The notes under the pieces were generated by a model. It did no database searches, was not told the origin of the DNA, and was given only the letters and a program-made list of their open reading frames with translations. Positions 27,429 to 37,513 of a DNA stretch of 64,000 bases are shown piece after piece. The stretch is from positions 4,548 through 68,547 of the forward strand of contig CAZFPI010000002.1 in the NCBI GenBank assembly GCA_964521075.1, read 5' to 3'. The first letter of the stretch is position 1, and every line of letters begins with the position of its first letter. Both the position numbers and the translations under genes were made by a program. This DNA comes from an uncultured Sterolibacterium sp. GTDB lineage: Bacteria; Pseudomonadota; Gammaproteobacteria; Burkholderiales; Rhodocyclaceae.

Positions 27429-28628
27429 ATGCCGCACTACCGCTACCGCGCTGCCGATGCCTCGGGAAACATCGCCAAAGGGGTGGTCGAGGCCCTGAAT
27501 GAAGCCGATCTCGAAGCCCAGCTCAGAAACCACGGCCTGTCGCTGATCGAAGCTACCGAAGCCAAGCCCCGACAAATCAACGTCAAAAGCCTGCCGCCGC
27601 GTGAAGTCATCAACTTCCTCTTTCAGCTCGAAATGCAGGTTCGCGGCGGTGTTCCCATCCGCACGGCCCTGGCCGACATGGGCGAAGACGCAGAATCCAC
27701 CGAGTCCCGAAACCTGGCGGCGGGCCTGACCGAAAAAATCAGTGCCGGGGCCACACTCGCTGAAGCCATCAACGGCTACCCGGGCATCTTCTCCGAAGTC
27801 GTCCGCAGCCTCATCCATGCGGGCGAAGCCTCCGGGCAACTCCCCGAAGTCCTGCGTGAAATCGTCCGTTCGCTCAAGTGGCAGGACGAAATGGCCGCCG
27901 AAACCAAGAAGCTGCTGATGTACCCCAGCTTCATCATCGTCGTCATCAGCGGCGTGGTTTTCTTCCTGATGATCTACCTTGTGCCGCAACTGGTGGGCTT
28001 TCTTACCAACATGGGCCAGGAAATCCCGATCCAGACCCGCGCCCTCATCTTCCTCTCCGGCATTTTTGTTCACTACTGGTGGGCCATCATCACCTTCCCC
28101 GTCGTGGCCGGCATCGGCATTGCCACCCTCGTTCGGGTCAATCCCAAAGCACGTTTCCAGCTGCACCGGCTGATTCTCGCTCTCCCTTATGTCGGCCTCA
28201 TCATCAAGAAAATCATCCTGGCGCGCTTTGCCGACACCTTCGCCCTCATGTACCGCACCGGCATCCCCATGCTCGAAGGGCTTGTCTATTGCGAGAAAGT
28301 CACGGGCAACCTCGCCATCCAGCAAGCCGTCGCCCGCGCGCGCGACCGCATCGCCAACGGCGAGCCCATCTCCGCCAGCTTCGCCACCGAAACCCTCTTT
28401 CCCAACATCGTCATCCGCATGCTGAAAGTCGGCGAATCCACCGGCGCGCTCGACGAAGCCCTGAGCAACATCAACTACTTTTATTCACGCGACATCGAAG
28501 AATCCATCGGCAAGGTGCAAGCCATGATCGAGCCGGCCATCACGGTCATCATGGGCCTAATCCTCGGCTGGATCATGCTGGCCGTCCTGAGCCCGATCTA
28601 CGACACCCTCACGAAGATGAAGACGTAA
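27429..28628 (+). CDS. GspF/PilC/MshG-family inner-membrane platform protein
   Basis: 399 aa with two T2SSF-type repeats (LRNHGLSLIE...GEASGQLPEVL and ...GESTGALDEAL) and three TM segments. Confidence 0.9.
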   Translation: MPHYRYRAADASGNIAKGVVEALNEADLEAQLRNHGLSLIEATEAKPRQINVKSLPPREVINFLFQLEMQVRGGVPIRTALADMGEDAESTESRNLAAGLTEKISAGATLAEAINGYPGIFSEVVRSLIHAGEASGQLPEVLREIVRSLKWQDEMAAETKKLLMYPSFIIVVISGVVFFLMIYLVPQLVGFLTNMGQEIPIQTRALIFLSGIFVHYWWAIITFPVVAGIGIATLVRVNPKARFQLHRLILALPYVGLIIKKIILARFADTFALMYRTGIPMLEGLVYCEKVTGNLAIQQAVARARDRIANGEPISASFATETLFPNIVIRMLKVGESTGALDEALSNINYFYSRDIEESIGKVQAMIEPAITVIMGLILGWIMLAVLSPIYDTLTKMKT

Positions 28629-28638
28629 GCCCCAGCCC

Positions 28639-30102
28639 ATGACCACGCTCCTTCATCTCACGGCCGCCGGCCCGCAATACTGGCGTCGCCTGCGCGGCGA
28701 ATGGCAACCTCTCGCCGCCCCGCCCGACACGCCCAGGCCCGTCTGGATCGTCACCGATCTGGCCGAAGAAACCCTGGTCGACATCGACATCCCCCGCCTT
28801 TACGGAGCCAACCGGAATACCCTGCTGGAACGCCAGCTCACCACGCGCTTCCCGGACACGCCCTACCGTCGCACACTGGACATCGCCCACGGCACAACCC
28901 TGCTCGACCGGCTGGCTCCGGTCAAACACACCCTCTTCGGCCTGCCCGCCGCCAAACGCATCGAAGACGAACTCGACGCCCGGCGACTGTCCATCGCCAC
29001 ACTCTGCCCGACCACCCTGCTGCTGGCTCACCTGGGCCAGCACAAATCCCTGCCGCCCAACCTCTTTATCGTCCTGCCTACCAGTGCCGGCCTGCGTATC
29101 GTTTTCCTCAAGAACCGGCTGCCCGTCCTGACCCGTCTGGCCCCCATCGTCAATGATGCCCGGGCACAAGCCGAAGAAATCCTGCGAACGCACCGCTATC
29201 TGGGCAATACGCGCATCCTGCCATTCGGAGCCCCCCCGCCTGCCGTCCTTCTGCTGGGCAAGGCCGACGACTTCGCCGCCCCGCTGGCCACAGCGAAAAT
29301 CGGACTCGCCCCCCCGCCAGCCTCCTGGAAAATACCCGCCGCAGACGACTGGCGGCCCTTCCTGTTCGAGCTGGCTGTCCGGAAACAGCCTTACGGGCAA
29401 CTGGCCCCCCTTCAACGGCGCATCCCCTGGATGGCCAGCCATCTGCGTCGCATGGCCCTGACCGGCGCGGCACTGACGCTTTGCACCGGGCTGACGACAG
29501 CGGCCATCAGCCTCAAGGAAATATTCGACATCCAGCGCACCAGAACAGCCGATGCCCGACTGCACCAGGAAACAAGAAGCAACCTGGATCTCATCGAAAA
29601 AACCATCGCAACCCTGGGGACTACGCCGGACAAAATGCGGCGAGCCATCGAGATCAATGACCACGAAATCATCGGCGCGCCGCCATTCGCCCGGCAAATG
29701 AAACAAATCGCCCAAGCCCTGGGTGACCCGCCGCCCGCCCGGATTGCCCTGCTCGAATGGCAGGTTTTGCCCGCCAGTGCCACTCCCTGCCAGCGATACC
29801 TGCCCCCGGCCAGTACCGATGCCGCCGCACCGGCTGAAACGACAGAAAATACCGCCGCCCCCCTGAAAGCAGAACTTGCCTTCCAGATCGCCCTGCCCAC
29901 CAGCATCAGCCCCCGCCTCAAGACAGAGGCCGTGCGCCAGATTTCCGCCCGCCTGAGCCGGATTCCCGGGGCGACACTGATTCAGGATCCGGCAAAATCG
30001 CTTTCCAAAGACACACTGCGCGGCGGCGGCTCCGCCAGCGAAGATCCGGACAAAGCCCCCCTCTGGTGTCTGACACTCGCCCCGCAGGAGAAACAGCCAT
30101 GA
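28639..30102 (+). CDS. Bitopic assembly protein, MshI / PilM-PilN-fusion / GspL-like (tentative)
   Basis: 487 aa. A roughly 270-aa cytoplasmic domain is followed by one TM helix (MALTGAALTLCTGLTTAAISL) and a periplasmic coiled-coil-like region. The size and topology match MshI/GspL. No motif-level proof. Confidence 0.45.
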   Translation: MTTLLHLTAAGPQYWRRLRGEWQPLAAPPDTPRPVWIVTDLAEETLVDIDIPRLYGANRNTLLERQLTTRFPDTPYRRTLDIAHGTTLLDRLAPVKHTLFGLPAAKRIEDELDARRLSIATLCPTTLLLAHLGQHKSLPPNLFIVLPTSAGLRIVFLKNRLPVLTRLAPIVNDARAQAEEILRTHRYLGNTRILPFGAPPPAVLLLGKADDFAAPLATAKIGLAPPPASWKIPAADDWRPFLFELAVRKQPYGQLAPLQRRIPWMASHLRRMALTGAALTLCTGLTTAAISLKEIFDIQRTRTADARLHQETRSNLDLIEKTIATLGTTPDKMRRAIEINDHEIIGAPPFARQMKQIAQALGDPPPARIALLEWQVLPASATPCQRYLPPASTDAAAPAETTENTAAPLKAELAFQIALPTSISPRLKTEAVRQISARLSRIPGATLIQDPAKSLSKDTLRGGGSASEDPDKAPLWCLTLAPQEKQP

Positions 30103-30716
30103 GCCCCCGGCGCAGCATTCTCCTCGCAGCCCGGCCCCAGCTCATCCTCCTGGCCGCAAGCCTCCTGCTGGCCATATTGCTGGGCGGCGGTGGCGTTTTC
30201 CTTGAAGAAAGGGCACAAGATGAACTTCGCCAGCAAAATAGCCAGACCCAGCGTCTGCACGACGACCTGAACGCCCGCCAGGAAGAACTCGCCTATCTGA
30301 CCAGCCACATCCAGGCCTTTCGAACACTCAAAGCCCAGGGGCTGCTGGAAGTGCCCGACCGGGAAAACTGGGTCGAAAATCTGCTATCCACCCGCCGGGA
30401 ATTGCGTCTGCCCGACACACTGGCCTACACCCTTCCCCCCTCCAGGCCCTTGGTCGACCGCCCGGATGCCACAGCTGCCACGAATACCCCGGCGGCAACC
30501 GAGCCTCCCCCGGCAGATACTCCGCTCATCTACGACCTCGAAATCCGCCTGCGAGACATCCACGAAGGCGAGCTCCTCAATTTTCTGGCAGCCTTCCAGC
30601 CCTCGATCAAGGAACATTTCCGTGTCCAGTCCTGCCTGCTGAACAACCCCGGAGCCACGGGGCTGGAAGCCCATTGCACCCTGCGTTTTTTCACCCTGCC
30701 GCCAGACACAAAATAA
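30099..30716 (+). CDS. Bitopic TM + coiled-coil protein, MshJ/PilO/GspM-like (tentative)
   Basis: 205 aa from ATG 30099, which forms an ATGA overlap with the upstream stop and has AGGAG 8 nt upstream. It has an N-terminal TM helix ([21 protein letters not shown]) followed by a coiled coil ([26 protein letters not shown]). Confidence 0.45.
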   Translation: MSPRRSILLAARPQLILLAASLLLAILLGGGGVFLEERAQDELRQQNSQTQRLHDDLNARQEELAYLTSHIQAFRTLKAQGLLEVPDRENWVENLLSTRRELRLPDTLAYTLPPSRPLVDRPDATAATNTPAATEPPPADTPLIYDLEIRLRDIHEGELLNFLAAFQPSIKEHFRVQSCLLNNPGATGLEAHCTLRFFTLPPDTK

Positions 30717-30840
30717 CCGTAGCCCGGGCAGGCAGCCAGGAGCACACCGGGCCACGAAGCAGCACCCGCCCGGCAGCCTGTCTTTGAGCTACACTCCCGC
30801 GTTTCCTGCCTCTGTCACCATTCCCGAAAGGAACCCTCGC

Positions 30841-32667
30841 ATGTGTGGCATCGTTGCCGCCGTTGCCCGTCGCAACGTTGTTCCCGTCCTCATCGAAGGA
30901 TTATGCAAGCTCGAATATCGCGGCTATGACTCGGCCGGGCTGGCCGTGCTCAATCCCGGTCTTCACCGCCTTCGCAGCGTGGGCCGCGTGGCCGAGCTGT
31001 CCAGGCAGGCCGAAGGACTGAGCGCATCACTGGGCATCGCCCACACCCGTTGGGCCACCCACGGCGTGCCCGCCGAGCGCAATGCCCATCCCCACATTTC
31101 CGCCGGGCTGGCGGTGGTACATAACGGCATCATCGAAAACTTCGCCGAAATCCGCCAGCGTCTTTCCACGGCGGGTTATGTCTTCACCTCCGACACGGAT
31201 ACCGAGGTCATCGCCCACCTGGTTTGCGATCTGCTGAAAACAGCCCCCGACCTGACAGAAGCCGTGCGCCTGGCCACCGCGCAACTGGTGGGAGCCTATG
31301 CCATCGCCGTGCTGTGCGAGAAGAACGAACACATCATCGTCGCCCGTCAGGGCGCGCCGCTCTTGCTGGGCGTGGCCGACGACGGACTCTACGCTGCTTC
31401 CGATGCCTCTGCCCTGCTGCAGGTCACACGCCGCATGGTGTATCTGGAAGACGGCGATCTGGCCGTACTCGACCCGCAAGGCTACCGCCTCCTGCGCCAG
31501 GACGGCTCCCCCGTGGAACGTCCCTGCCACGAGAGCACACTGTCTGCCGATGCTGTCGAGCTGGGCACTTTCCAGCACTACATGCAAAAAGAAATTTTCG
31601 AGCAGCCCTCAGCCCTGGCCAATACGCTGGAAATGCTGGGCAGCGGCTCGTCGGCACAGAGTTTTTCGGCCAATCTGTTCGGCGCGGCCGCCCCGGAACT
31701 GCTGAAGACGACGAAATCCGTGCTGATTCTCGCCTGCGGCACGAGCTTTCATTCGGGTCTGGTCGCCCGTTACTGGATCGAACAGCTGGCAGGCATTCCC
31801 TGCACGGTGGAAATCGCCAGCGAATACCGCTACCGCGTCTCCGTCACCGATCCGGAACAACTGGTCGTCGCCATCTCCCAGTCGGGCGAAACAGCCGACA
31901 CGCTAGCCGCCATCAAACACGCGAAATCCCGTGGCATGACACGCACCCTGGCCGTGTGCAATGTCGCTGAATCCGCCATCGTACGTGAGTGCGCGCTTCG
32001 CTTTTTAACAAGGGCAGGACTGGAAATCGGTGTCGCATCGACCAAAGCATTCACCACCCAGCTTGCCGCCTTGTTCCTGCTTGCCGCCACCCTCGCCCGC
32101 ATCAACGGCAGACTCTCCCCCGAAGAAGAAACGACCCACCTCACCGCCTTGCGCCACCTGCCGCTGGCCATCAAAAAGGTACTCGAGCTCGAGGCAGACA
32201 TCGCCCGCTGGGCCAAACGCTTTGCCAACAAGCAGCACGCGCTGTTTCTCGGGCGGGGCCACCATTACCCGATCGCCCTGGAAGGCGCGCTCAAGCTCAA
32301 GGAAATTTCCTATATCCATGCCGAAGGCTACCCGGCGGGCGAACTCAAACACGGGCCGCTGGCTCTGGTCGACCAGGACATGCCGGTGATTTCCGTCGCT
32401 CCGAACGACAATCTGCTGGAAAAACTCAAATCCAATCTGCAAGAAGTCCGCGCCCGGGGCGGGGAGCTCTACGTCTTCGCGGATGCCGACAGCGAAGTCG
32501 CCGCCAGCGAAGGGGTACACGTTCTACGCCTGCCGGAACATTACGGCTTGCTCTCTCCTGTGCTGCATGTCGTGGCCCTGCAGTTGCTGGCCTACCATGT
32601 GGCCCTGGTACGCGGCACGGATGTCGACAAGCCGCGCAATCTCGCCAAGTCGGTAACGGTCGAATAA
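30841..32667 (+). CDS. glmS: Glutamine--fructose-6-phosphate aminotransferase
   Basis: MCGIVAAV start: the catalytic Cys must be residue 2, so the upstream extension of ORF 30784 is rejected. It has two SIS domains and the C-terminal NLAKSVTVE. Confidence 0.95.
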   Translation: MCGIVAAVARRNVVPVLIEGLCKLEYRGYDSAGLAVLNPGLHRLRSVGRVAELSRQAEGLSASLGIAHTRWATHGVPAERNAHPHISAGLAVVHNGIIENFAEIRQRLSTAGYVFTSDTDTEVIAHLVCDLLKTAPDLTEAVRLATAQLVGAYAIAVLCEKNEHIIVARQGAPLLLGVADDGLYAASDASALLQVTRRMVYLEDGDLAVLDPQGYRLLRQDGSPVERPCHESTLSADAVELGTFQHYMQKEIFEQPSALANTLEMLGSGSSAQSFSANLFGAAAPELLKTTKSVLILACGTSFHSGLVARYWIEQLAGIPCTVEIASEYRYRVSVTDPEQLVVAISQSGETADTLAAIKHAKSRGMTRTLAVCNVAESAIVRECALRFLTRAGLEIGVASTKAFTTQLAALFLLAATLARINGRLSPEEETTHLTALRHLPLAIKKVLELEADIARWAKRFANKQHALFLGRGHHYPIALEGALKLKEISYIHAEGYPAGELKHGPLALVDQDMPVISVAPNDNLLEKLKSNLQEVRARGGELYVFADADSEVAASEGVHVLRLPEHYGLLSPVLHVVALQLLAYHVALVRGTDVDKPRNLAKSVTVE

Positions 32668-32782
32668 AATGCCCGGTTGGACGCGGAAAGAATCAGAGCC
32701 ATAATCCGCGTTCCGCCCGCAGATGCCCATCAATGATTTCACCCCGTTCCCGGGGGCCGGACAAGACAGGAAGACAGAAAAA

Positions 32783-34027
32783 ATGAAACGAGTAGATGAC
32801 TTCCGCCTGAAGTTCGGCAAGCACGAGCTGGTCCCCATCATGATCGGCGGCATGGGCGTCGACATTTCGACGGCCGATCTTGCCCTGGAAGTCGCCCGTC
32901 TGGGCGGGGTAGGCCACATTTCCGACGCCATGGTGCCCACGGTCGCCGACCGCCGGTTCAAGACGCACTTCGTCCGGGACAAGCTCAAACAATACAAGTT
33001 CAATGTCGCCAACGCCGACAAATCCGTCGTGCAGTTCGACCTGGGCCTGCTCGAAGAAGCCTCGCGCATGCATGTGGGCAAGACCATGGAAGCCAAACGC
33101 GGGCCGGGCATGGTGTTCGTAAACTGCATGGAAAAGCTCACCATGAACGCCCCGCGCGAAACCCTGCGGGTACGGCTCAGGGCCGCGCTCGATGCCGGGG
33201 TCGACGGCATCACGCTTTCCGCCGGGCTGCATCTGGGCTCCTTCGCACTGATCGAAGACCACCCCCGCTTTCGCGATGCCTATCTGGGCATCATCGTCTC
33301 CTCCTTGCGCGCCCTTCAGCTTTTTCTGCGGAAAAACGCCCGCGTCAATCGCCTGCCCGATTTCGTCGTCGTCGAAGGCCCGCTGGCCGGGGGCCACCTG
33401 GGCTTCGGCATGGACTGGGCAGAATATGACCTGGCCACCATCACCGCCGAAATCCAGACCTGGCTGAAAGCCGAAAGCCTCGACATTCCGCTCATCCCCG
33501 CCGGAGGCATCTTCACCGGCACGGATGCGGCCACCTTCCTCGAAAACGGCGCGGCCGCCGTGCAGGTTTCCACCCGTTTCACGGTCGCCAAAGAATGCGG
33601 GCTGCCCGAAAACGTCCAGCAGGAATACTTCAAGGCCAACGAAGACGACATCGAAGTCAACCTGCTCTCCCCCACGGGCTACCCCATGCGGATGCTCAAG
33701 CACTGCCCGGCCATCGGCTCCGGCATCCGCCCCAATTGCGAAGCCTTCGGCTACATCCTCGACGGCTCGGGCAAATGCGCCTACATCACCGCCTACAACA
33801 AGGCACTCGAAGCCAATCCGGACACCAAAACGCTCTCGGTCAAGGACAAAACCTGTCTTTGCACCCACATGCGAAATTTCGACTGCTGGACCTGCGGCCA
33901 CTACACCTACCGGCTCAAGGACACCACGCGCAAACTGGACGACGGCAGCTACCAGATACTGACCGCCGAACACATCTTCCGCGACTACCAGTACAGCACC
34001 GACCACCAGATCGCCCTGCCCGAGTGA
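32783..34027 (+). CDS. Nitronate monooxygenase (2-nitropropane dioxygenase, NMO) family FMN oxidoreductase
   Basis: 414 aa from the internal ATG. Sequence includes PIMIGGMGVDIS...LARLGGVGHIS...VVVEGPLAGGHLGF...IPAGGIFTG...GAAAVQVSTRF. Confidence 0.8.
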   Translation: MKRVDDFRLKFGKHELVPIMIGGMGVDISTADLALEVARLGGVGHISDAMVPTVADRRFKTHFVRDKLKQYKFNVANADKSVVQFDLGLLEEASRMHVGKTMEAKRGPGMVFVNCMEKLTMNAPRETLRVRLRAALDAGVDGITLSAGLHLGSFALIEDHPRFRDAYLGIIVSSLRALQLFLRKNARVNRLPDFVVVEGPLAGGHLGFGMDWAEYDLATITAEIQTWLKAESLDIPLIPAGGIFTGTDAATFLENGAAAVQVSTRFTVAKECGLPENVQQEYFKANEDDIEVNLLSPTGYPMRMLKHCPAIGSGIRPNCEAFGYILDGSGKCAYITAYNKALEANPDTKTLSVKDKTCLCTHMRNFDCWTCGHYTYRLKDTTRKLDDGSYQILTAEHIFRDYQYSTDHQIALPE

Positions 34028-34058
34028 GCAGGCACTTTCACACAGAGCAAAGCCCGTC

Positions 34059-35717
34059 ATGAAGTTTGATGATCGTGCCAACCGTCACGTCCCCGTATCC
34101 CCCCCCCTGGTCATCCACGATCCGGAACATCATTCCTGGGATGCCGAAACCGATGTCGCCATCGTCGGCATCGGCCTGGCCGGGGCGTCGGCGGCTCTGG
34201 AAGCTGCGAACCAGGGCGTTCGCGTTCTGGCACTCGACCGCCTGGCAGGCGGCGGAGCCTCCCGGCTTTCCGGCGGTGTGGTCTACACCGGTGGCGGCAC
34301 ACGGCAGCAGCGCGAAGCCGGTGTCGAGGACAGCCCGGACAATATGTTCGAATACCTCAAAATCCAGGTGGGTGGCGTCGTATCAGATGCCACCTTGCGC
34401 CGCTTCTGCCAAGACAGCGTAGCCAATCTCGAATGGCTGGAAAGCTTTGGGGTACGTTACGCCAGCCGCTACTACAAGGAAAAAAACTCCTTTCCCGGCG
34501 GCCACTGGGGCCTCTACCACTCCGGCAACGAAGCCTACGCCCCCTACAACGCGAACACGACCCCCGCCGCGCGGGGCCACATCACCCAGGGTAGCGGCTA
34601 TTTTGGCGGCCCGGCCGTCATGGACCCGCTGCTCCTTGCCATGCGCGCGCACCCGAAGGTCGAACTGCAAACCTACGCCTGCGTCCATCGCCTGATCGTT
34701 GACCCGCAAAATCGCATCATCGGTCTGGCCTACCGGCTAGGCCCCCAGTCCGGCCTGATCCCCGCCTTGCGGACGGGCCTGCACCGTCTGGCCAGCAAGA
34801 TCAACATCGGCATGCCGCGCGCAGGAGCCCCCTTCCGCTGGCTGGCCACACGCTTTGAAGCCTTCGACCGCGAAAAACAGGTGCGCGTCAAAAAAGGCGT
34901 CGTCCTCAGCGCGGGCGGCTTCGTTTTCAACCGCGCCATGATCGAACAGGCCACGGATGCCCCCATGCGTACCCCCCACGCACTGGGCGAAGACTGCAAC
35001 GGCAGCGGCATCCGCCTGGGGCTCACGCAGGGAGCCTCCACCGGCCGGATCGACCGGCTGACCTACTGGCGTTTCTACGCCCCGCCCCATGCCTGGCTCA
35101 ATGCCGTCAGCGTCGGGCTGAAAGGGCAAAGGCTGTGCAACGAAGCCCTTTATGGCGCGACAGTTGCCGACGACATGCTCGAAAAAAGCCAGGGACGCGG
35201 CTGGCTCATCCTCGATGCCCCACTGATGCAAGCCGCCCGGGCACAGCTTCGCCACGACAAGAGCATCGCCCTCGTGCAAAAGCTCATGAGCCTCATGTAC
35301 ATCTTCCGCTGCACCGCCCGGGCCGACAGCCTCGCCGGGCTCGCCGGCAAGATCGGCATCCCCGCTGCCGCGCTGGAACAAACCATCGCCCGTTACAACC
35401 AGGACATCGCCAGCGGCCAGCCCGACGAACACGCCAAGCCCGACAAATACCGCACAGCCATCACAACCGGCCCCTTCCTCGCCATCGACATCAGCATCGG
35501 CTCGAAATTCCCCTGCCCCACGCTGACACTGGGCGGCCTGAACGTGGAAGAAGACAGCGGCCGGGTTCTCGACGAGCAAAAAAACCCCATCCCGGGCCTC
35601 TACGCCGCCGGGCGAAACGCCGTCGGCCTGTGTGCACACACTTACATCAGCGGCCTTTCCCTGGCTGATTGCCTGTTCAGTGGGCGTCGGGCCGGGCGGC
35701 ATGCCGCCAACGGCTGA
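34059..35717 (+). CDS. FAD-dependent oxidoreductase, KstD / fumarate-reductase flavoprotein-like
   Basis: 552 aa with an N-terminal dinucleotide fold (DVAIVGIGLAGASAALEAANQGVRVLALDR...GGASRLSGG). The C-terminal LYAAGRNAVGL is typical of the FAD_binding_2 family. Confidence 0.7.
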   Translation: MKFDDRANRHVPVSPPLVIHDPEHHSWDAETDVAIVGIGLAGASAALEAANQGVRVLALDRLAGGGASRLSGGVVYTGGGTRQQREAGVEDSPDNMFEYLKIQVGGVVSDATLRRFCQDSVANLEWLESFGVRYASRYYKEKNSFPGGHWGLYHSGNEAYAPYNANTTPAARGHITQGSGYFGGPAVMDPLLLAMRAHPKVELQTYACVHRLIVDPQNRIIGLAYRLGPQSGLIPALRTGLHRLASKINIGMPRAGAPFRWLATRFEAFDREKQVRVKKGVVLSAGGFVFNRAMIEQATDAPMRTPHALGEDCNGSGIRLGLTQGASTGRIDRLTYWRFYAPPHAWLNAVSVGLKGQRLCNEALYGATVADDMLEKSQGRGWLILDAPLMQAARAQLRHDKSIALVQKLMSLMYIFRCTARADSLAGLAGKIGIPAAALEQTIARYNQDIASGQPDEHAKPDKYRTAITTGPFLAIDISIGSKFPCPTLTLGGLNVEEDSGRVLDEQKNPIPGLYAAGRNAVGLCAHTYISGLSLADCLFSGRRAGRHAANG

Positions 35718-35754
35718 CTCCATTCGTCTCCCCTCTGCTTTTTCAGGAATCCCC

Positions 35755-37434
35755 ATGACCACACCACAAGACAGCACCACCTATGATGTCATCGTCGTCG
35801 GCTCGGGAGCCGGTGCCATGCTCACCGCCGCGCGCGCCCACGATCTGGGGCTTTCCGTTCTCGTGGTCGAAAAGAGCGACAAATACGGCGGCACATCGGC
35901 GGTTTCCGGTGGCGCGATCTGGATTCCCAACAACAGCCAGATGAAAATCAAGGACAGCTACGACGACGCCCTGGCCTATGTCAAAGCCGCCACGCGCGGG
36001 CTTGTTGCGGAAGACCGTCTGCACGCCTATCTCGACAGCGCGCCGCAGATGGTCGAATACATCAACAGCAAGATGACACTCAACTACTTCCCCTGTCATC
36101 GCTACCCCGATTACTACCAGCACCTGCCGGGCTCCCGCCCGGGCGGGCGCACCATGGAACCCAATCTTTTCGATGCCTCCCTGCTCGGCGAAGAATTCGA
36201 CAACCTGCGCCTGTCCTACAACGGCACGCTCCTGATGGGCAAGGCCAGCATGACCGCCACACAAGCCCACGTCATGCTCTCCAAACAGCCTGGCTGGATG
36301 CTGCAGGTCATGAAAACCCTGGGCCGTTACTTCCTCGACATCCCCTGGCGTCTCAAAACGAAGCACGACCGGATTCGCGGTCTGGGCAACGCCATGGCCG
36401 CCGGCCTGCGCCACGCCCTTCTGGTTCGCAAGGTTCCGCTGTGGCTGAACACGCCTTTTGAATCACTGACCACCGAAGGCGGCCGCGTGACCGGCATCGT
36501 CGTCAAACGCAATGGCCAGACGCTCACGCTCACGGCCCGTCGTGGCGTTGTCCTCGGCGCGGGCGGTTTCGAGCGCAACCAGCAAATGCGCGAACAATAT
36601 CTGCCCAAACCCAGCAAAGCCGAATGGAGCGTGACCCCCCCGCACAACACCGGCGACACCATCCGCGCGGCCCAGGCCATCGGCGCGAAAACCGAGCTCA
36701 TGAACTGGGCCTGGTGGACACCCTCCATTCATGTGCCAGGCGAGCCCTATCAGGTGGGCCTCTTTGCCGAACGCAACCTTCCCGGCTGCATCGTGATCAA
36801 CGGCCAGGGCCAGCGTTTCGTCAATGAAGCCTCGCCCTATCTCGAATTCGGCGCGGCGATGTACGCGGAAAATGACAAGAACGGCAAGGGTGTGCCCTGC
36901 TGGCTGATCTTCGATGCCAAATTCCGCTACAACTACCCCATGGGCCCGCTCATGCCCAGCCAGATCGCCCCCGACCGCAAATCCTGGCTCGGCAAGGTGT
37001 ACTGGAAAGACGACACCCTGGACGGCCTGGCCAAACAAATCAACGTCGACGCCGCCGGCCTCAAAAAGACGGTGGAACTCAACAATGAATACGCGCAAAG
37101 CGGCAAGGACAAGGACTTCAACAAGGGCAGCAACGTCTTCGACTGCTACTACGGCGACTGCAACGTAAAGCCCAACCCCTGCATCGCCCCCATCCTCAAG
37201 GCCCCCTTCTACGCCATGCGCGTCGATGCAGGCGACATCGGCACCAAAGGTGGCCTGCTCACCGACAAGGATGCCCGCGTTCTCGACCAGAACAATCAAC
37301 CCATCGAAGGGCTGTTCTGCATCGGCAACAATTCCGCCTCCGTTATGGGCACGGCCTACCCCGGCGCGGGCGGCACACTCGGCCCGGCCATGACTTTCGG
37401 CTTCCGCGCTGCGAACTTCATCGCAGGAAAGTAA
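35755..37434 (+). CDS. 3-oxosteroid 1-dehydrogenase (KstD/AcmB)-like flavoprotein
   Basis: 559 aa from the internal ATG. Sequence includes YDVIVVGSGAGAMLTAARAHDLGLSVLVVEKSDKYGGTSAVSGGAIWIPNN...GDIGTKGGLLTD...GLFCIGNNSASVMG. Substrate unknown. Confidence 0.75.
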   Translation: MTTPQDSTTYDVIVVGSGAGAMLTAARAHDLGLSVLVVEKSDKYGGTSAVSGGAIWIPNNSQMKIKDSYDDALAYVKAATRGLVAEDRLHAYLDSAPQMVEYINSKMTLNYFPCHRYPDYYQHLPGSRPGGRTMEPNLFDASLLGEEFDNLRLSYNGTLLMGKASMTATQAHVMLSKQPGWMLQVMKTLGRYFLDIPWRLKTKHDRIRGLGNAMAAGLRHALLVRKVPLWLNTPFESLTTEGGRVTGIVVKRNGQTLTLTARRGVVLGAGGFERNQQMREQYLPKPSKAEWSVTPPHNTGDTIRAAQAIGAKTELMNWAWWTPSIHVPGEPYQVGLFAERNLPGCIVINGQGQRFVNEASPYLEFGAAMYAENDKNGKGVPCWLIFDAKFRYNYPMGPLMPSQIAPDRKSWLGKVYWKDDTLDGLAKQINVDAAGLKKTVELNNEYAQSGKDKDFNKGSNVFDCYYGDCNVKPNPCIAPILKAPFYAMRVDAGDIGTKGGLLTDKDARVLDQNNQPIEGLFCIGNNSASVMGTAYPGAGGTLGPAMTFGFRAANFIAGK

Positions 37435-37513
37435 GCCCAGAAACCCGGGGAACCCAAGGCACTGTGCCCCCCGGCCCTCCGCCGGGGCGAGGTATCAGCC
37501 GCCCTTCACCCCC

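Noticed and set aside
25679-27430. 583-aa minus-strand ORF antisense to the MshE-type ATPase gene
   Set aside because: Shadow ORF. The plus-strand gene has Walker A/B motifs, a His box and a tetracysteine motif.
30784-30840. N-terminal extension of glmS given by the ORF track
   Set aside because: GlmS needs Cys as the first residue after Met removal, because it is an N-terminal nucleophile. MCGIV at 30841 is therefore the true start.
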